The notes beneath the pieces are model-generated. The model was not told where the DNA came from, searched no databases, and saw only the letters and a list, made by a program, of their open reading frames with translations. From positions 1 to 64,000 of IMG/VR virus record IMGVR_UViG_3300032312_002037: a stretch of 64,000 nt of DNA; one strand, given 5' to 3'. Positions 18,073 through 28,590 of the stretch are shown here, piece by piece. The position numbers were made by a program, and so were the translations under genes. Each line of letters starts with the position of its first letter. The stretch's first letter is position 1. Source of the DNA: a virus (taxonomy: Duplodnaviria; Caudoviricetes).

Positions 18073-19445
18073 TATAGTAAATCTATTTTTATGTATTCGG
18101 CGTCAAAATATACTTTCTGACTTACTTTGTGTTTGTTTAATAAGAATTGTAATGTTGTTAAAGCCTCATATGTTTCATCAATATAACCTTCTTCTAAATC
18201 ACATTGAATAAATGTGGTAGCTCTGTCAGACGCTATTTTAACATCAATACCAAACGGTGTTGCTTTTATATCGTTAATTAACTTACCATATTTTCTAATG
18301 ATTTCTTCATCAATTCCTACTTTTCTAACTGTTGGTAATGAATTCCAATCAACTTGAACACTAGCCTTAGCAAGTCTTTCAAGGAAATTAATATTTTGTC
18401 TTTCTTTACCCGTATGTTCACTATAATAACCAACAGATATGTTAGTACATTCAGCAATTTGTTCTAAAAATGAAGCAGAATCTGTGTATATACCTGTAGG
18501 ATCTAATGATAAATTAAGACCATTTGCGTTATATTGTTTAGCTAAAGCAGTTCCAAATTCATCAGAACAACAAGTTCTGCCTAATTGAGAAGTAATAACT
18601 GAACAAACATCTCTTCTATCAAAAGAAACACATCTCTTAATATTCTTAACATATTCAACTTGTTCATAAACAGAGGATAATAAACCCGAACCGATACCAC
18701 CTCTTTCTTCTCCCATAAAGAAATAATAAAGACCTGGTACATTATGAGCCATCATATATAACATAACAGCAACACCTGATTTATCATCTGCGCCTAATAT
18801 AGTAGAACCATCAGTATAAATAATTTCATCACCTTTATCATCTTTTTTAGAAAGAAGCTTAGTAATACCTTGTTTTCTATCAGCAGTATCTAAGTGAGAT
18901 GTAAACATAGTTGTTGGGTTCTCACCAATAATCTTATAATAGTTACCTACAATATCTTTATCTAATTTAGGCATAAAAGCCATTACTTCTTCTTCATGTC
19001 CATGAGGATATGTCTTAGTAACTAATGAAATAAAAGTACTTCTAACGTCTTTAGGATTATAATTAAAAGGCTCTGGTGTAATTCTATTAACAGCAATACT
19101 TTCAATTGAACCACCACCAGCTAATATATCATATTGTTCAATAAAATCTTTAATATCAGCCGTTTGAAAATAATTCCTAAAGTAGAATTTTAGAAAGTTT
19201 TCTATTTTCATAGGATGAACTTTACCATCAACAACACCATTAATTGTAGATGTAACATCTAAACAAGATTTTGTTTTAGATATATTAACATCACTAATTC
19301 CTAGACCATTATTATATTTAGAATTAGGTTCGTTTAACCAAAGCATTTCAAATGCGATGTAGCTATTCTCATCTTCTAAAACTTTTAATAAATCATGAAG
19401 TTCTTGAGAAAATTTAATTCTTATAGGTTCTTTAGTATCTGCCAT
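18072..19445 (-). CDS. M28/M20-family zinc metallopeptidase, copy 2, with an N-terminal extension
   Basis: Motifs SHLDT, GADDKSG, GEERG, SFDRR, TDSA, NISVGYYSEH; paralog of 2218-3306. Confidence 0.85.
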   Translation of the reverse strand: MADTKEPIRIKFSQELHDLLKVLEDENSYIAFEMLWLNEPNSKYNNGLGISDVNISKTKSCLDVTSTINGVVDGKVHPMKIENFLKFYFRNYFQTADIKDFIEQYDILAGGGSIESIAVNRITPEPFNYNPKDVRSTFISLVTKTYPHGHEEEVMAFMPKLDKDIVGNYYKIIGENPTTMFTSHLDTADRKQGITKLLSKKDDKGDEIIYTDGSTILGADDKSGVAVMLYMMAHNVPGLYYFFMGEERGGIGSGLLSSVYEQVEYVKNIKRCVSFDRRDVCSVITSQLGRTCCSDEFGTALAKQYNANGLNLSLDPTGIYTDSASFLEQIAECTNISVGYYSEHTGKERQNINFLERLAKASVQVDWNSLPTVRKVGIDEEIIRKYGKLINDIKATPFGIDVKIASDRATTFIQCDLEEGYIDETYEALTTLQFLLNKHKVSQKVYFDAEYIKIDLL

Positions 19446-19482
19446 TTTTTATTTTATTTTATATGTTATTATATATTAAATA

Positions 19483-19872
19483 TTAAACTACAATTTGATA
19501 TGAATTTGTATAATCTACTTTCACTTGACCATCATTCATACCTGATTCTTTCTTAACAAATCTACTTTGGCAATAAACAACAGTTGCTTTATCATCTTTA
19601 GAAGCTTTACTATTCTTTTTAGCCAATTGAGCGGCTAATTTAATAACTATTTCAGTAGGTAGATTCTCTCTAACACGAATAACAACATGACTACCTGGAA
19701 CACCTTTAACGTGCATCCAAATATCTTCTTTATCAGCAACATTAAAAGTTAGATGGTCATTAGATTTAGCATCTTTACCAACATAAACAACAAATCCTTC
19801 AATTTCTAATTTTTGAATATTAGGAAATTTATCTTTTTTAGATTCGTTAAATGAATTAAATTTCTTTATCAT
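19483..19872 (-). CDS. Stand-alone NFACT RNA-binding domain protein (NFACT-R/DUF814)
   Basis: VYVGKDAKSNDHLT..DIWMHVKGVPGSHVVI..AAQLAKKNSK. Start reassigned to MIKKFNSFNES. Confidence 0.9.
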   Translation of the reverse strand: MIKKFNSFNESKKDKFPNIQKLEIEGFVVYVGKDAKSNDHLTFNVADKEDIWMHVKGVPGSHVVIRVRENLPTEIVIKLAAQLAKKNSKASKDDKATVVYCQSRFVKKESGMNDGQVKVDYTNSYQIVV

Positions 19873-19956
19873 ACTGTATATATTAATTAGAAATTCTTTA
19901 AAAAGAAAAAAGACCCATAAAGGGTCTTTTTTCAATATTTCCAATATTACTATTGA

Positions 19957-21627
19957 TTAGTTTAATAACTGAGCAGCGTCAGTAACTACAATAGTCATGT
20001 ATTGTTTTTGTGGGTACCAACCAACTTCAGTTACAGCATATCTTGAACGTAACAACATTCTTGGAGCGAATGTAGCTTCAGAGATAACTGAGATAGACTG
20101 AGCCATTAAGTAAGGTACGAAAATGATACCTGGTTGGTCAGGGTTGTTCTTACGACCTAATACGATTCTGTTATCGTTATATCTCATATATGGATCTACA
20201 TAGATAGAGATGTCTCCGATTGAACCTACAGGGTATAATTGACCTTGTCCGTTTAATTTAGATTTAACTGGGTTAATTGTGTAACCAGCGATATCTTGTA
20301 AAGCAGCAGCAAGACCTCCGTTTGTGATAAGGTATTGAGCAGGACCAACACGACCTTCAGTAGCAATAAAGTTAGAAGCGTGAGCAATCTTAGTGATTAA
20401 CTTACGTTGTACAGCGTGAGTAGTCTCACCACCTACATTACCAGAAGTAGTAGCATAGTTAGTGTTTAAGTCAAAAATAGAAACACTTGAAGCATTTAAT
20501 GGAGCAGATGTTCTGTTAAGATCACCCATTTCGAAAATCTTAGCAACAATTTGTTTAGATATTGTTTGAGATAATTCGTTTACAAGGATAGATTCCATTT
20601 TTTGAACGATATCCATACCTGTGTTAGCTTTGATATCTTCGATTTCAGTTCTTCTAAGAGCTGAAGATACTTCGATAGTACCAACTGCAACAGTTTTAGA
20701 AGAAATTTTTGGTCCGATAACTCCAGAGTATGATTGATCATCAGCAAGACGACCCATTGGATATTGACCAGAAGATTGACCAGCAGCAGCAGATGTCCAG
20801 TTTGCAGAGAAACCTGGGATATGATCTTCTAAAGCAGATACTAAAGTAATAACTGGATTAGTAACGTTGATACCAGAAATTCTAACAATTGCTGAAACCA
20901 TTGTACCAGTTTGAGGGAATGTATTTAATGTAGCATCAAAAAAGTGAGGAGTAGCAAAGTTACCTGAAGTATTTGCTTGTCTGTAAGCTCTGAACATTGG
21001 TAAACCATCTATACGAGAGAATCCTAAGAATTCAACGATATTTGTTTTAGATGTAGGTTCAGTATTAGTTTTGTAAGCACCTGATGCAGTAAGACCGTAG
21101 AATAATCTACCACCAGATAAACCACCAGTAGTTTCTCTAAGTACTGCTAAACCATTAGCACCTGCAACGTCTAATACAATTTGTGCATCAATAGCTGCAA
21201 TATTATCAGCAGATAATTTGAATACTTGAGGTCTTTCGTTTGTTGTTGAATCGATATCATCATATTGAAAATCAATATAAAGTAAGTCGATTTTTGGACC
21301 TGGAGTTGGCTTTACAGCAACTAAATCCAAACCGATTGTTTGAGCAGCAATTTTCATTGCAACTGGAAGTAAGTTCTGACCTACGTCTCCTGAACCTGCT
21401 ACGTTACCGTTACCAGTTACGTTACCTGCTAATGAACCAATAACTGGATTCAATACAGATCCCATACCTGCTACGTTTGATGCGTTTACATACGCATTTT
21501 CATTGATTGAGTGATACTCAGCCATTTCTGACATCCATTCAACTCTATCTTCAGCTACGCCCATGTTCTCTAAAACTGGAGACCATTTCTTAACTGCTTT
21601 TGATTTGTCTATTCTAATGTGTGACAT
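19957..21627 (-). CDS. Major capsid protein (T4 gp23-like)
   Basis: 556 aa; KKWSPVLE, LDLVAVKPT, VYVDPY-type SIYVDPY, FVPYLM, PRMLLRSRYAV. Confidence 0.95.
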   Translation of the reverse strand: MSHIRIDKSKAVKKWSPVLENMGVAEDRVEWMSEMAEYHSINENAYVNASNVAGMGSVLNPVIGSLAGNVTGNGNVAGSGDVGQNLLPVAMKIAAQTIGLDLVAVKPTPGPKIDLLYIDFQYDDIDSTTNERPQVFKLSADNIAAIDAQIVLDVAGANGLAVLRETTGGLSGGRLFYGLTASGAYKTNTEPTSKTNIVEFLGFSRIDGLPMFRAYRQANTSGNFATPHFFDATLNTFPQTGTMVSAIVRISGINVTNPVITLVSALEDHIPGFSANWTSAAAGQSSGQYPMGRLADDQSYSGVIGPKISSKTVAVGTIEVSSALRRTEIEDIKANTGMDIVQKMESILVNELSQTISKQIVAKIFEMGDLNRTSAPLNASSVSIFDLNTNYATTSGNVGGETTHAVQRKLITKIAHASNFIATEGRVGPAQYLITNGGLAAALQDIAGYTINPVKSKLNGQGQLYPVGSIGDISIYVDPYMRYNDNRIVLGRKNNPDQPGIIFVPYLMAQSISVISEATFAPRMLLRSRYAVTEVGWYPQKQYMTIVVTDAAQLLN

Positions 21628-21708
21628 AATTTTGTTAATTTTTTTTTGTGTTTATCTATATATTATCCTTCGAAATTTCAATAATTTCAAGTGTGGATTT
21701 TTTATAGA

Positions 21709-23826
21709 TTAAATGTTTTTGAATCTTTCCATAATTGCAGTAACGTCATTATCAGAAAGTTTATCTTCTTGTATTAAACTTTCATGAGCTACTAACTTTT
21801 TAGTTACAGACCCGTTTGTTTTAAGCTTTCTAGTTAACCAGAAATGCTCAACTTGTGATTCAGTCATTAAAACTTCAGCAGGATAAAGTCTAGCTTGTGA
21901 TAAGATAGATTTTTTAGCTGATTCGTTCATTTGACTCCAGATAGCCTTAGTGTTTTCAGGCATTAATCTGATAACTCTTTCTTCAAGAGATTCATTCTTT
22001 GATGATAGCGCTTCTGCGATTAGGCTTAACACATCTTTAGATGTGAAGTAATTTCTTTCGCTTATGTGAAATTTAACAGCCTCTTGGTCTTCGTCAGACA
22101 ATGCGTAGTAACTATCTACTTGTGACTTGTTTAAGAATTTTAGGAAATTCAAGTCAGTTGATTCAGAAACTTTACGTTTTTTAGCTTCTTCTATTAATTT
22201 ATCGATAGACTCAGATAATTCAGAATCACTGTTACCAGTTACTTCATAATCATGAGCTTCTTCTTCTTTTTCTTCTTCATTTGAAGTGTTACCTTCTTCT
22301 TTATTATATGAGTTTTCCATGTTTCCTGAAGGAATACCATTGTACTCTTCTTCTTTTTCTTCTTCGTTGTTTGGACCACACTCTTCTTCTTTTTCTTCCA
22401 TGTTTTCAAACCCAGCTGATTGTAATGAAGGAAAAGCTTCCTCATTTTCATTCATTGATTCATTTAATTTACCAGAATTTAATTTTTCAACTATCATTCC
22501 TTGGTAATTAATTGATTTATCAAGATTCTCAGCAATATATTCAGAGTAAGCAATATTATCATCTAAATGTTCAGCGATGTATTCAGAGTAAGCAATGTTA
22601 CCTTCAACGTGTTCAGCTAAATATTCAGAGTAAGCAATTGAGTTATCAACGTGCTCAGCAATGTATTCAGAGTAAGCAATGTTTTTATCCAAGTTTTCAG
22701 CGATGTATTCTGAATAAGCAATATTCTTATCAAGATTTTCAGCTAAGTACTCAGAGTACTCAATGTTCTTGTCTAAGTTTTCTGCTAAATATTCAGAGTA
22801 AGAAATATTCTTATCTAAGTTTTCAGCGATATAATCAGAATAAGAAATATTCTTATCTAAGTTTTCAGCTAAGTACTCAGAGTACTCAATATTTTTGTCT
22901 AAGTTTTCAGCTAAATATTCAGAGTAGTTAACAGCTTTTTCTAAATTTTCAGCTAAGTAGTCATTGTGCTTAATAAGTTTGTCAGTAGTTTCCTTTAAAG
23001 ACTTGTTTTCATTAACCATAATTTGAACTTTTTCAGCCAAATAATCTAAATACTTAACAACTTGAGCATTAGTTGAATTTAACTCTTCATAGTACTCTAA
23101 AAGTTGCTCCATTTTCTTTGGAGACAAATTACCTTTAGTAAGAGCACCTTTAACTTCTTTCTGTGTAGAAGCTAATTCTTTAACTAAATACTGTGAATAT
23201 TCAGTTAACTGTTGCTTTGTAACAAATTCATTTTTGTTCATATCAAATAGTTGATTTATTTTGGACTCATCGGACATTTCATATATCCTAAAGTTAGAGT
23301 TTTCATTATATCCTAATGATTCGTTGATATTCTTAACCGACATTTTAGCAGAAGCAAAACCCGGATCAGCAACGATATCATATGTAAATAATTTTTTCAA
23401 TGAAACAGTACCATCTGATTCAGTGATACCAGCCGCTCTTGAAGAAACAAAAACAGGACATCCGTCATCAACTAATGCCTTTGCTTCTTTACCCCAATAA
23501 GTGTTAAGTAATCTAATTTCACCACTAACAAGATTTGACTCTTTTACATAGTTAGCTTTTGTGATGATGTGAGACGCTCTTGATAAAGATGTATCAAAAA
23601 CATCTGGATGGTCAAACTCACCATAAACAACACCTAAGCTGTTCATTCTTTCATTCAATTCGTCCAAAGCTGGAAGAAATTTATCAGCAGTGTAAATTCT
23701 CTCATTACGGTTTTTAACACCAAATTCTGTGAAAGTACCACCTAAAATATAATCCTTCTTCTGTGAACCATTATTCTCTCTAATAAGAGAGTTTTGTGAA
23801 TTTTCTATAATTAATACTGGTTTCAT
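21709..23826 (-). CDS. Prohead protease (gp21-like) fused to a scaffold/core-like coiled coil
   Basis: N-terminal NRNERIY, GEFDHP, VSSRAAG, YDIVADPGF; long repeat and acidic C-terminal region. Confidence 0.9.
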   Translation of the reverse strand: MKPVLIIENSQNSLIRENNGSQKKDYILGGTFTEFGVKNRNERIYTADKFLPALDELNERMNSLGVVYGEFDHPDVFDTSLSRASHIITKANYVKESNLVSGEIRLLNTYWGKEAKALVDDGCPVFVSSRAAGITESDGTVSLKKLFTYDIVADPGFASAKMSVKNINESLGYNENSNFRIYEMSDESKINQLFDMNKNEFVTKQQLTEYSQYLVKELASTQKEVKGALTKGNLSPKKMEQLLEYYEELNSTNAQVVKYLDYLAEKVQIMVNENKSLKETTDKLIKHNDYLAENLEKAVNYSEYLAENLDKNIEYSEYLAENLDKNISYSDYIAENLDKNISYSEYLAENLDKNIEYSEYLAENLDKNIAYSEYIAENLDKNIAYSEYIAEHVDNSIAYSEYLAEHVEGNIAYSEYIAEHLDDNIAYSEYIAENLDKSINYQGMIVEKLNSGKLNESMNENEEAFPSLQSAGFENMEEKEEECGPNNEEEKEEEYNGIPSGNMENSYNKEEGNTSNEEEKEEEAHDYEVTGNSDSELSESIDKLIEEAKKRKVSESTDLNFLKFLNKSQVDSYYALSDEDQEAVKFHISERNYFTSKDVLSLIAEALSSKNESLEERVIRLMPENTKAIWSQMNESAKKSILSQARLYPAEVLMTESQVEHFWLTRKLKTNGSVTKKLVAHESLIQEDKLSDNDVTAIMERFKNI
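22498..22959 (-). repeat. Coding tandem repeat, 11 x 42 nt (14-aa unit Y[LI]AE[NH]LDKNIxYSE)
   Basis: Eleven consecutive units counted in the translation. Confidence 0.95.
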
Positions 23827-23997
23827 TTAAGTTTATTATTTTTTAAAATATAGTGTATATATTACACCTCATTTATTCAAAAAAAACAAAGGTGGATTGT
23901 TTATAGTAATGTGGAGGTTCAGTCCGGCTTTAGGATGTATAAAACAATGGAGGAGAAGGTCATAAATTAATAAATAAAAGAAATTGAGTGGTTTTTT

Positions 23998-24393
23998 ATG
24001 ATCCTGACAAGAGAGATAGAGATAAAAATTAATGAGTCAAATTATCAGTACTATGATGATTTAGGATATGATGTGGCAATTGGGGAAACTATTCAAATAC
24101 CAATTGAATTAATGTCAAAAGGATCACATTATAAAATAAAATGCAAATGTGATGTATGCGGAATTGAAAAAGAGGTAATATTTAAAAACTATGTTAAATA
24201 TGATAACAATTTCGGTGAATATTATTGTAGAAAATGCTCCGAATCTAAAAGAAAAGAAACTTTAAGAAAAAACTTTGGAGTTGACTACCCAATACAGAAT
24301 AAGAAAGTTCTTAGTAAGATGAAAAAAACACTTATTGATAAGTATGGTGTGGATAATATATCAAAAAGAGATAAACAAAATGAGGTTTCTTAA
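23998..24393 (+). CDS. Zn-finger protein resembling a homing-endonuclease N-terminal part, no nuclease domain
   Basis: CKCDVCG..YYCRKC and FGVDYP/YGVDNI repeats. Confidence 0.6.
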   Translation: MILTREIEIKINESNYQYYDDLGYDVAIGETIQIPIELMSKGSHYKIKCKCDVCGIEKEVIFKNYVKYDNNFGEYYCRKCSESKRKETLRKNFGVDYPIQNKKVLSKMKKTLIDKYGVDNISKRDKQNEVS

Positions 24394-24408
24394 ATAGAAT
24401 ACTCATAT

Positions 24409-26289
24409 ATGATAGAATTAAAAGAAGGTGATGTTTACGAAGGACAAATTGAGTTCTCAACAAACGGTAACGCATCATTAGTAGTGGAAGACAAGGAAGT
24501 CTTTATCTACAAGAAAAACACAGCCAACTCTTTAAACTTAGATAAAGTAAAGATTCAAATATTTAAGGCTGAAAGAAAATTAGAAGGAAAAGTCATTGAA
24601 GTTGTTTCAAGATTTAAGACTGAGTATGTCGGTAGAGTACAAATAGGTAAAAAAACAATATTTGTTGTTCCTGATAGTAATAAAGTTCCGGTAGACTTCT
24701 ATATTAAAGGCGGATTAAAAGCCGAACACGACCAAAAGGTTGTAGTTGAGTTAATAAAGTGGGAAGATACTAAATCACCACAAGGAAAAATCACAAGAGT
24801 TTTAGGAGATTCTGGAGATAATAATACAGAAATGAACTCAATTATGATTGAGTATGGTTTACCTATTGAATTTCCACAAGATGTTATCAACGAATCTTTC
24901 TTAGTGCCTGAAGTTATTACTGAAAAAGAAATCAATTCTCGTAAAGATATGAGAGGTATAACAACTTTAACAATCGATCCAGTTGATGCTAAAGATTTTG
25001 ATGATGCCTTATCAGTTAATATTATCAACGATAATAAGATTGAAGTAGGAGTTCACATTGCTGACGTAGGTCACTATGTTAAACCAGGAACTAAATTAGA
25101 CGATGAGGCTTTCAAAAGAGCCACATCAGTATATTTAGTTGACAGATGTGTTCCAATGTTACCAGAACGTTTAAGTAATGGTATATGTTCACTTAAACCA
25201 AACGAAGATAGATTGGCATTCTCTGTTATCTTTACTTTAGATAATGAAGGTAATATATTAAATACTTGGCAAGGTAAAACCGTTATTCACTCTGATAGAA
25301 GATATGCTTATGAAGAAGCTCAAGAAATCATCGAAGGTAATGATGGTAATTATTCAACTGAGATTAGATTACTTGATACTTTAGCTAGAAAGATTAGAAA
25401 GAAAAGAATCAAAGAAGGGTCCATTGAAATGGGTGGTATTGAAGTAAGATTCAAATTAGCTGAAGATAATAAGAAACCAATTGGTGTTTATTTCAAAGAA
25501 CAAAAAGAAGCTAACAAGTTAATTGAAGAATTTATGTTATTAGCTAACAAGTCAGTTGCTAAAACTTTATCAGAGGCTAGTTGGGCAAATGTATATAGAG
25601 TTCACGATACGCCAAATATGGAAAAGTTAAATGCTTTAGTTGGTGTTTGTAAAACGTTTGGATACGATATAGAAATATATGATGATTCAACTGAAATCAA
25701 AAAGACTCTAAATGGATTATTAAAAGAGATTAAAGAAACTCCTGAAGAAAATATGATTGAGACTTTAGTTACTAGATGCATGTCTAAGGCAACTTATACA
25801 ATTAAGAACATTGGTCACTATGGTTTAGGATTTACTCACTACTCTCACTTTACTTCACCAATCAGAAGATATCCTGATTTAATCACACATAGAATTTTAT
25901 TAGACTTTTTAGATAAGAAATCTCAAGGCAATCCTAGTAAGATTGAAGAGCAAGCCAAATGGTGTTCTGCTAGAGAATTGGTTGCGGCTAAAGCTCAAAG
26001 AGATTCAATTAAATACAAACAAGCTGAATATCTTTTAGATAAGATTGGGAAAGTATTTGATGGTATTGTTTCAGGTGTAACCGATTGGGGTATGTATGTT
26101 GAATTAATTGAAAGTAAATGTGAAGGAATGGTTAGATATCAATCTCTTGAAGGTAAATGGTCAGCTGATACAACTAATTACACTATAACAAGTGAAATGG
26201 GTGAAAAAATCAGATTAGGAGATCCTCTTAAAGTTGTAGTTAAGTCTGTGGACTTAGAAAGAAAACAAATAGATTTTACTTTATTGTAA
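24409..26289 (+). CDS. rnr: Ribonuclease R (RNB family 3'-5' exoribonuclease)
   Basis: Motifs TIDPVDAKDFDDALS, VHIADV, ATSVYL, IEEFMLLAN, HFTSPIRRYPDL; cold-shock domains and C-terminal S1. Confidence 0.95.
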   Translation: MIELKEGDVYEGQIEFSTNGNASLVVEDKEVFIYKKNTANSLNLDKVKIQIFKAERKLEGKVIEVVSRFKTEYVGRVQIGKKTIFVVPDSNKVPVDFYIKGGLKAEHDQKVVVELIKWEDTKSPQGKITRVLGDSGDNNTEMNSIMIEYGLPIEFPQDVINESFLVPEVITEKEINSRKDMRGITTLTIDPVDAKDFDDALSVNIINDNKIEVGVHIADVGHYVKPGTKLDDEAFKRATSVYLVDRCVPMLPERLSNGICSLKPNEDRLAFSVIFTLDNEGNILNTWQGKTVIHSDRRYAYEEAQEIIEGNDGNYSTEIRLLDTLARKIRKKRIKEGSIEMGGIEVRFKLAEDNKKPIGVYFKEQKEANKLIEEFMLLANKSVAKTLSEASWANVYRVHDTPNMEKLNALVGVCKTFGYDIEIYDDSTEIKKTLNGLLKEIKETPEENMIETLVTRCMSKATYTIKNIGHYGLGFTHYSHFTSPIRRYPDLITHRILLDFLDKKSQGNPSKIEEQAKWCSARELVAAKAQRDSIKYKQAEYLLDKIGKVFDGIVSGVTDWGMYVELIESKCEGMVRYQSLEGKWSADTTNYTITSEMGEKIRLGDPLKVVVKSVDLERKQIDFTLL

Positions 26290-26739
26290 ATGGATGGACA
26301 GAGTATAACAAAATCTTTTAATATTGAATTAGATAATAATACCTTGGAACAATACGAGAAATTATTATCTAATTTTAATAACTGGTCTCAATATAAAAGA
26401 GAGATTAAACTAAACTCTGTTTTAGAAGATAAAAAGATTGAGTTTACTTTAGATATATCAGGTCATGCTCACGGTGTTATGTATGTAAATGTTTTTGTTG
26501 ATGACACAGACGACTTTGAAGTGCTTAAAAAAGCATCATCAGCCATAAAGTTTATGAAGTTTATACTCAAAGGTAATAATGTTTTAGAATTAGAAGTAAC
26601 AATTAAAACAATGACTACTGAATGGGGTAAGATTATCAGAGACTTGATTGAATCAGGAGTTGAACTAGAACTCAAACAAAACATAGTAGATAACCAAGTC
26701 AAATCCTTCTACTTTATTTATCCAAAAATGACAGCATAA
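26290..26739 (+). CDS. Degenerate prohead-protease-like protein
   Basis: KASSAIKFMKF..NNVLELEVTIKTMTTEWGKIIRDLIESG resembles this genome's protease RASHIITKANY..SNLVSGEIRLLNTYWGKEAKALVDDG. It lacks GExDHP and SSR. Confidence 0.55.
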   Translation: MDGQSITKSFNIELDNNTLEQYEKLLSNFNNWSQYKREIKLNSVLEDKKIEFTLDISGHAHGVMYVNVFVDDTDDFEVLKKASSAIKFMKFILKGNNVLELEVTIKTMTTEWGKIIRDLIESGVELELKQNIVDNQVKSFYFIYPKMTA

Positions 26740-26783
26740 AAAAACCTCTCAATATTGAGAGGCTTTCTTTTTTATAGTAAGTT

Positions 26784-28484
26784 TTAGAATTCAAATTCTC
26801 CACCACCTTCAGCACCACCTTCAGCAGGAGGAGTTTCAGGAGCGGCTTGTGCCTCAGGAGCGGCTTGTGCCTCAGGAGCGGCTTCACCACCTTCAGCAGG
26901 AGCGGCTTCACCACCTTCAGCAGGAGCGGCACCCTCAGCACCACCAGCGGCAACACCAGCAGCATCTTTAGCCCAATATTTTTGATTCTCAGCTTTTTCT
27001 TCAGGAGTCAATTTAAATACATTATCAATTAAGTATTCAATATGGAAGTAAGGCTTTTCACCATTCATAATACCAACTAATGTACCAAAGATTTCAGCTT
27101 TCTTAGCCAAGTTGTTTAATTTCTTCCACTCTTCAAACACTTGATTTGAATTAAAGTTAATATCGATTTGATTTACTAAAACCTCATCATCTTTTAACTC
27201 AGGGAATTCAATTAACATTTGTAGTTTCAAAGGCTTAACGATAAGTTCTTTGAAGTTGGCTCTTAATCTATTAATAAAATTATAAAATTTAATTTCATCT
27301 CTCGTCATATCAGCCGAGTCATTGATTAAGTTACCACCACCATTTTCTTTATCAAAACGCTGGAAAGGAATCTTAGAAGCTCTTTTCAGAGCATTGTAGA
27401 ACCAAGTCAACATATCTGACTCATTTAAGTTGTGTCCTTCAGGTGAAACTAATTCCATAGCTGGCGTACCAGCATCTCCTTCAGGAAACCAAATTTGTTT
27501 GTTATAAGGTAAGTGTTTAGCACCATTAATAGTTAATGTACCTAATGAATCATCCCATTCAACTTCTTCTGAATAATCATTGATTAATTGACCAATTTGT
27601 TCTTCAGCTCTTTGTCTTGATAAGCCTTTAATAGGAATAGTAAACTTTTGATAAACTGTAGCATTAATAATATTAAACATTACTCTTGTTTGCTCAAGAA
27701 TCTTTAATTGGTTATAAGGTTTAATTAAACCTTCAACATATGATGTTTCTGAATAATCATTTTGAGTAGAATAAGAAATATAAACCATCTGAGAGTCTAA
27801 GAAGATTCTTCTCAATTGAGGATCTTCTGGAAACTGAATCCATAAGTGACCAATAGTTGGCTCAAATGCCGGAACTAAAGTGTCTGGTCTTAATCTATTG
27901 AAACCAATAATATTTTTCTTTTTATCATCATATATAATCTCTAAAGCGATATATCCATCGATAAGAAAATCCTTCATCATATTCCAAGCCGTGATACTAT
28001 CAGAGAATCCAAACTTATTATAAATCTTTTCAAAATACTCTTGATACTTATCTTTAATTTCTTGCGAATAATCATTACCTAATGGTTTAGGTGAACAGAA
28101 ATCTCTTTCATCATTATAAACAATACTTTCATCAGCTAATGAACTAACAAAATCTCTAATCTCATCTTTGATTGAGTACTCTCTTAGAATCCTTCTTTTA
28201 TCAGCATATGCTTTATCTAAATAAGGAATTGATTTTCTATTTAATACAGAAGCTACAGCTCTTTGTGAGAAGAAGTCATACATTGAATTTCCTCTAGCTG
28301 CAAATGGGTCTTCGTTAATACCAATACCAACTTGGTTTCTAACAATCATATCATCATAGTTCATACCATATGATGATAAACCTCTTAAAATTCTATTAAA
28401 AAGTCCTTTATTTTCAACAGCACTGTTGGTATAAGTAAAATTTGATTGACCCGAGCCGGCGCTAAATTGATTATAAGATGCCAT
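26784..28484 (-). CDS. Portal protein (T4 gp20-like)
   Basis: Motifs FLIDGYI, KPYNQLKILE, ALKRASKIPFQRF, RDEIKFYNFINRLR; A/E/G/P-rich repetitive tail. Confidence 0.92.
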   Translation of the reverse strand: MASYNQFSAGSGQSNFTYTNSAVENKGLFNRILRGLSSYGMNYDDMIVRNQVGIGINEDPFAARGNSMYDFFSQRAVASVLNRKSIPYLDKAYADKRRILREYSIKDEIRDFVSSLADESIVYNDERDFCSPKPLGNDYSQEIKDKYQEYFEKIYNKFGFSDSITAWNMMKDFLIDGYIALEIIYDDKKKNIIGFNRLRPDTLVPAFEPTIGHLWIQFPEDPQLRRIFLDSQMVYISYSTQNDYSETSYVEGLIKPYNQLKILEQTRVMFNIINATVYQKFTIPIKGLSRQRAEEQIGQLINDYSEEVEWDDSLGTLTINGAKHLPYNKQIWFPEGDAGTPAMELVSPEGHNLNESDMLTWFYNALKRASKIPFQRFDKENGGGNLINDSADMTRDEIKFYNFINRLRANFKELIVKPLKLQMLIEFPELKDDEVLVNQIDINFNSNQVFEEWKKLNNLAKKAEIFGTLVGIMNGEKPYFHIEYLIDNVFKLTPEEKAENQKYWAKDAAGVAAGGAEGAAPAEGGEAAPAEGGEAAPEAQAAPEAQAAPETPPAEGGAEGGGEFEF

Positions 28485-28590
28485 TTATTTTAAAATAAGT
28501 ATTTCGTTTATATATTAAATTTTTAATCTTCCTCCAAGACACTATTAAAAAAGAAAAACCTACATTTTATTGTAGGTTTCACTTGAAGTA

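Noticed and set aside
22239-22931. Alternative-frame ORFs over the protease repeat (22239-22451, 22281-22511, 22286-22507, 22512-22931)
   Set aside because: These are shadows of a low-complexity coding repeat.
22498-22959. 42-nt tandem repeats resembling a CRISPR array
   Set aside because: There are no unique spacers; the units are contiguous, in frame, and vary at synonymous positions.
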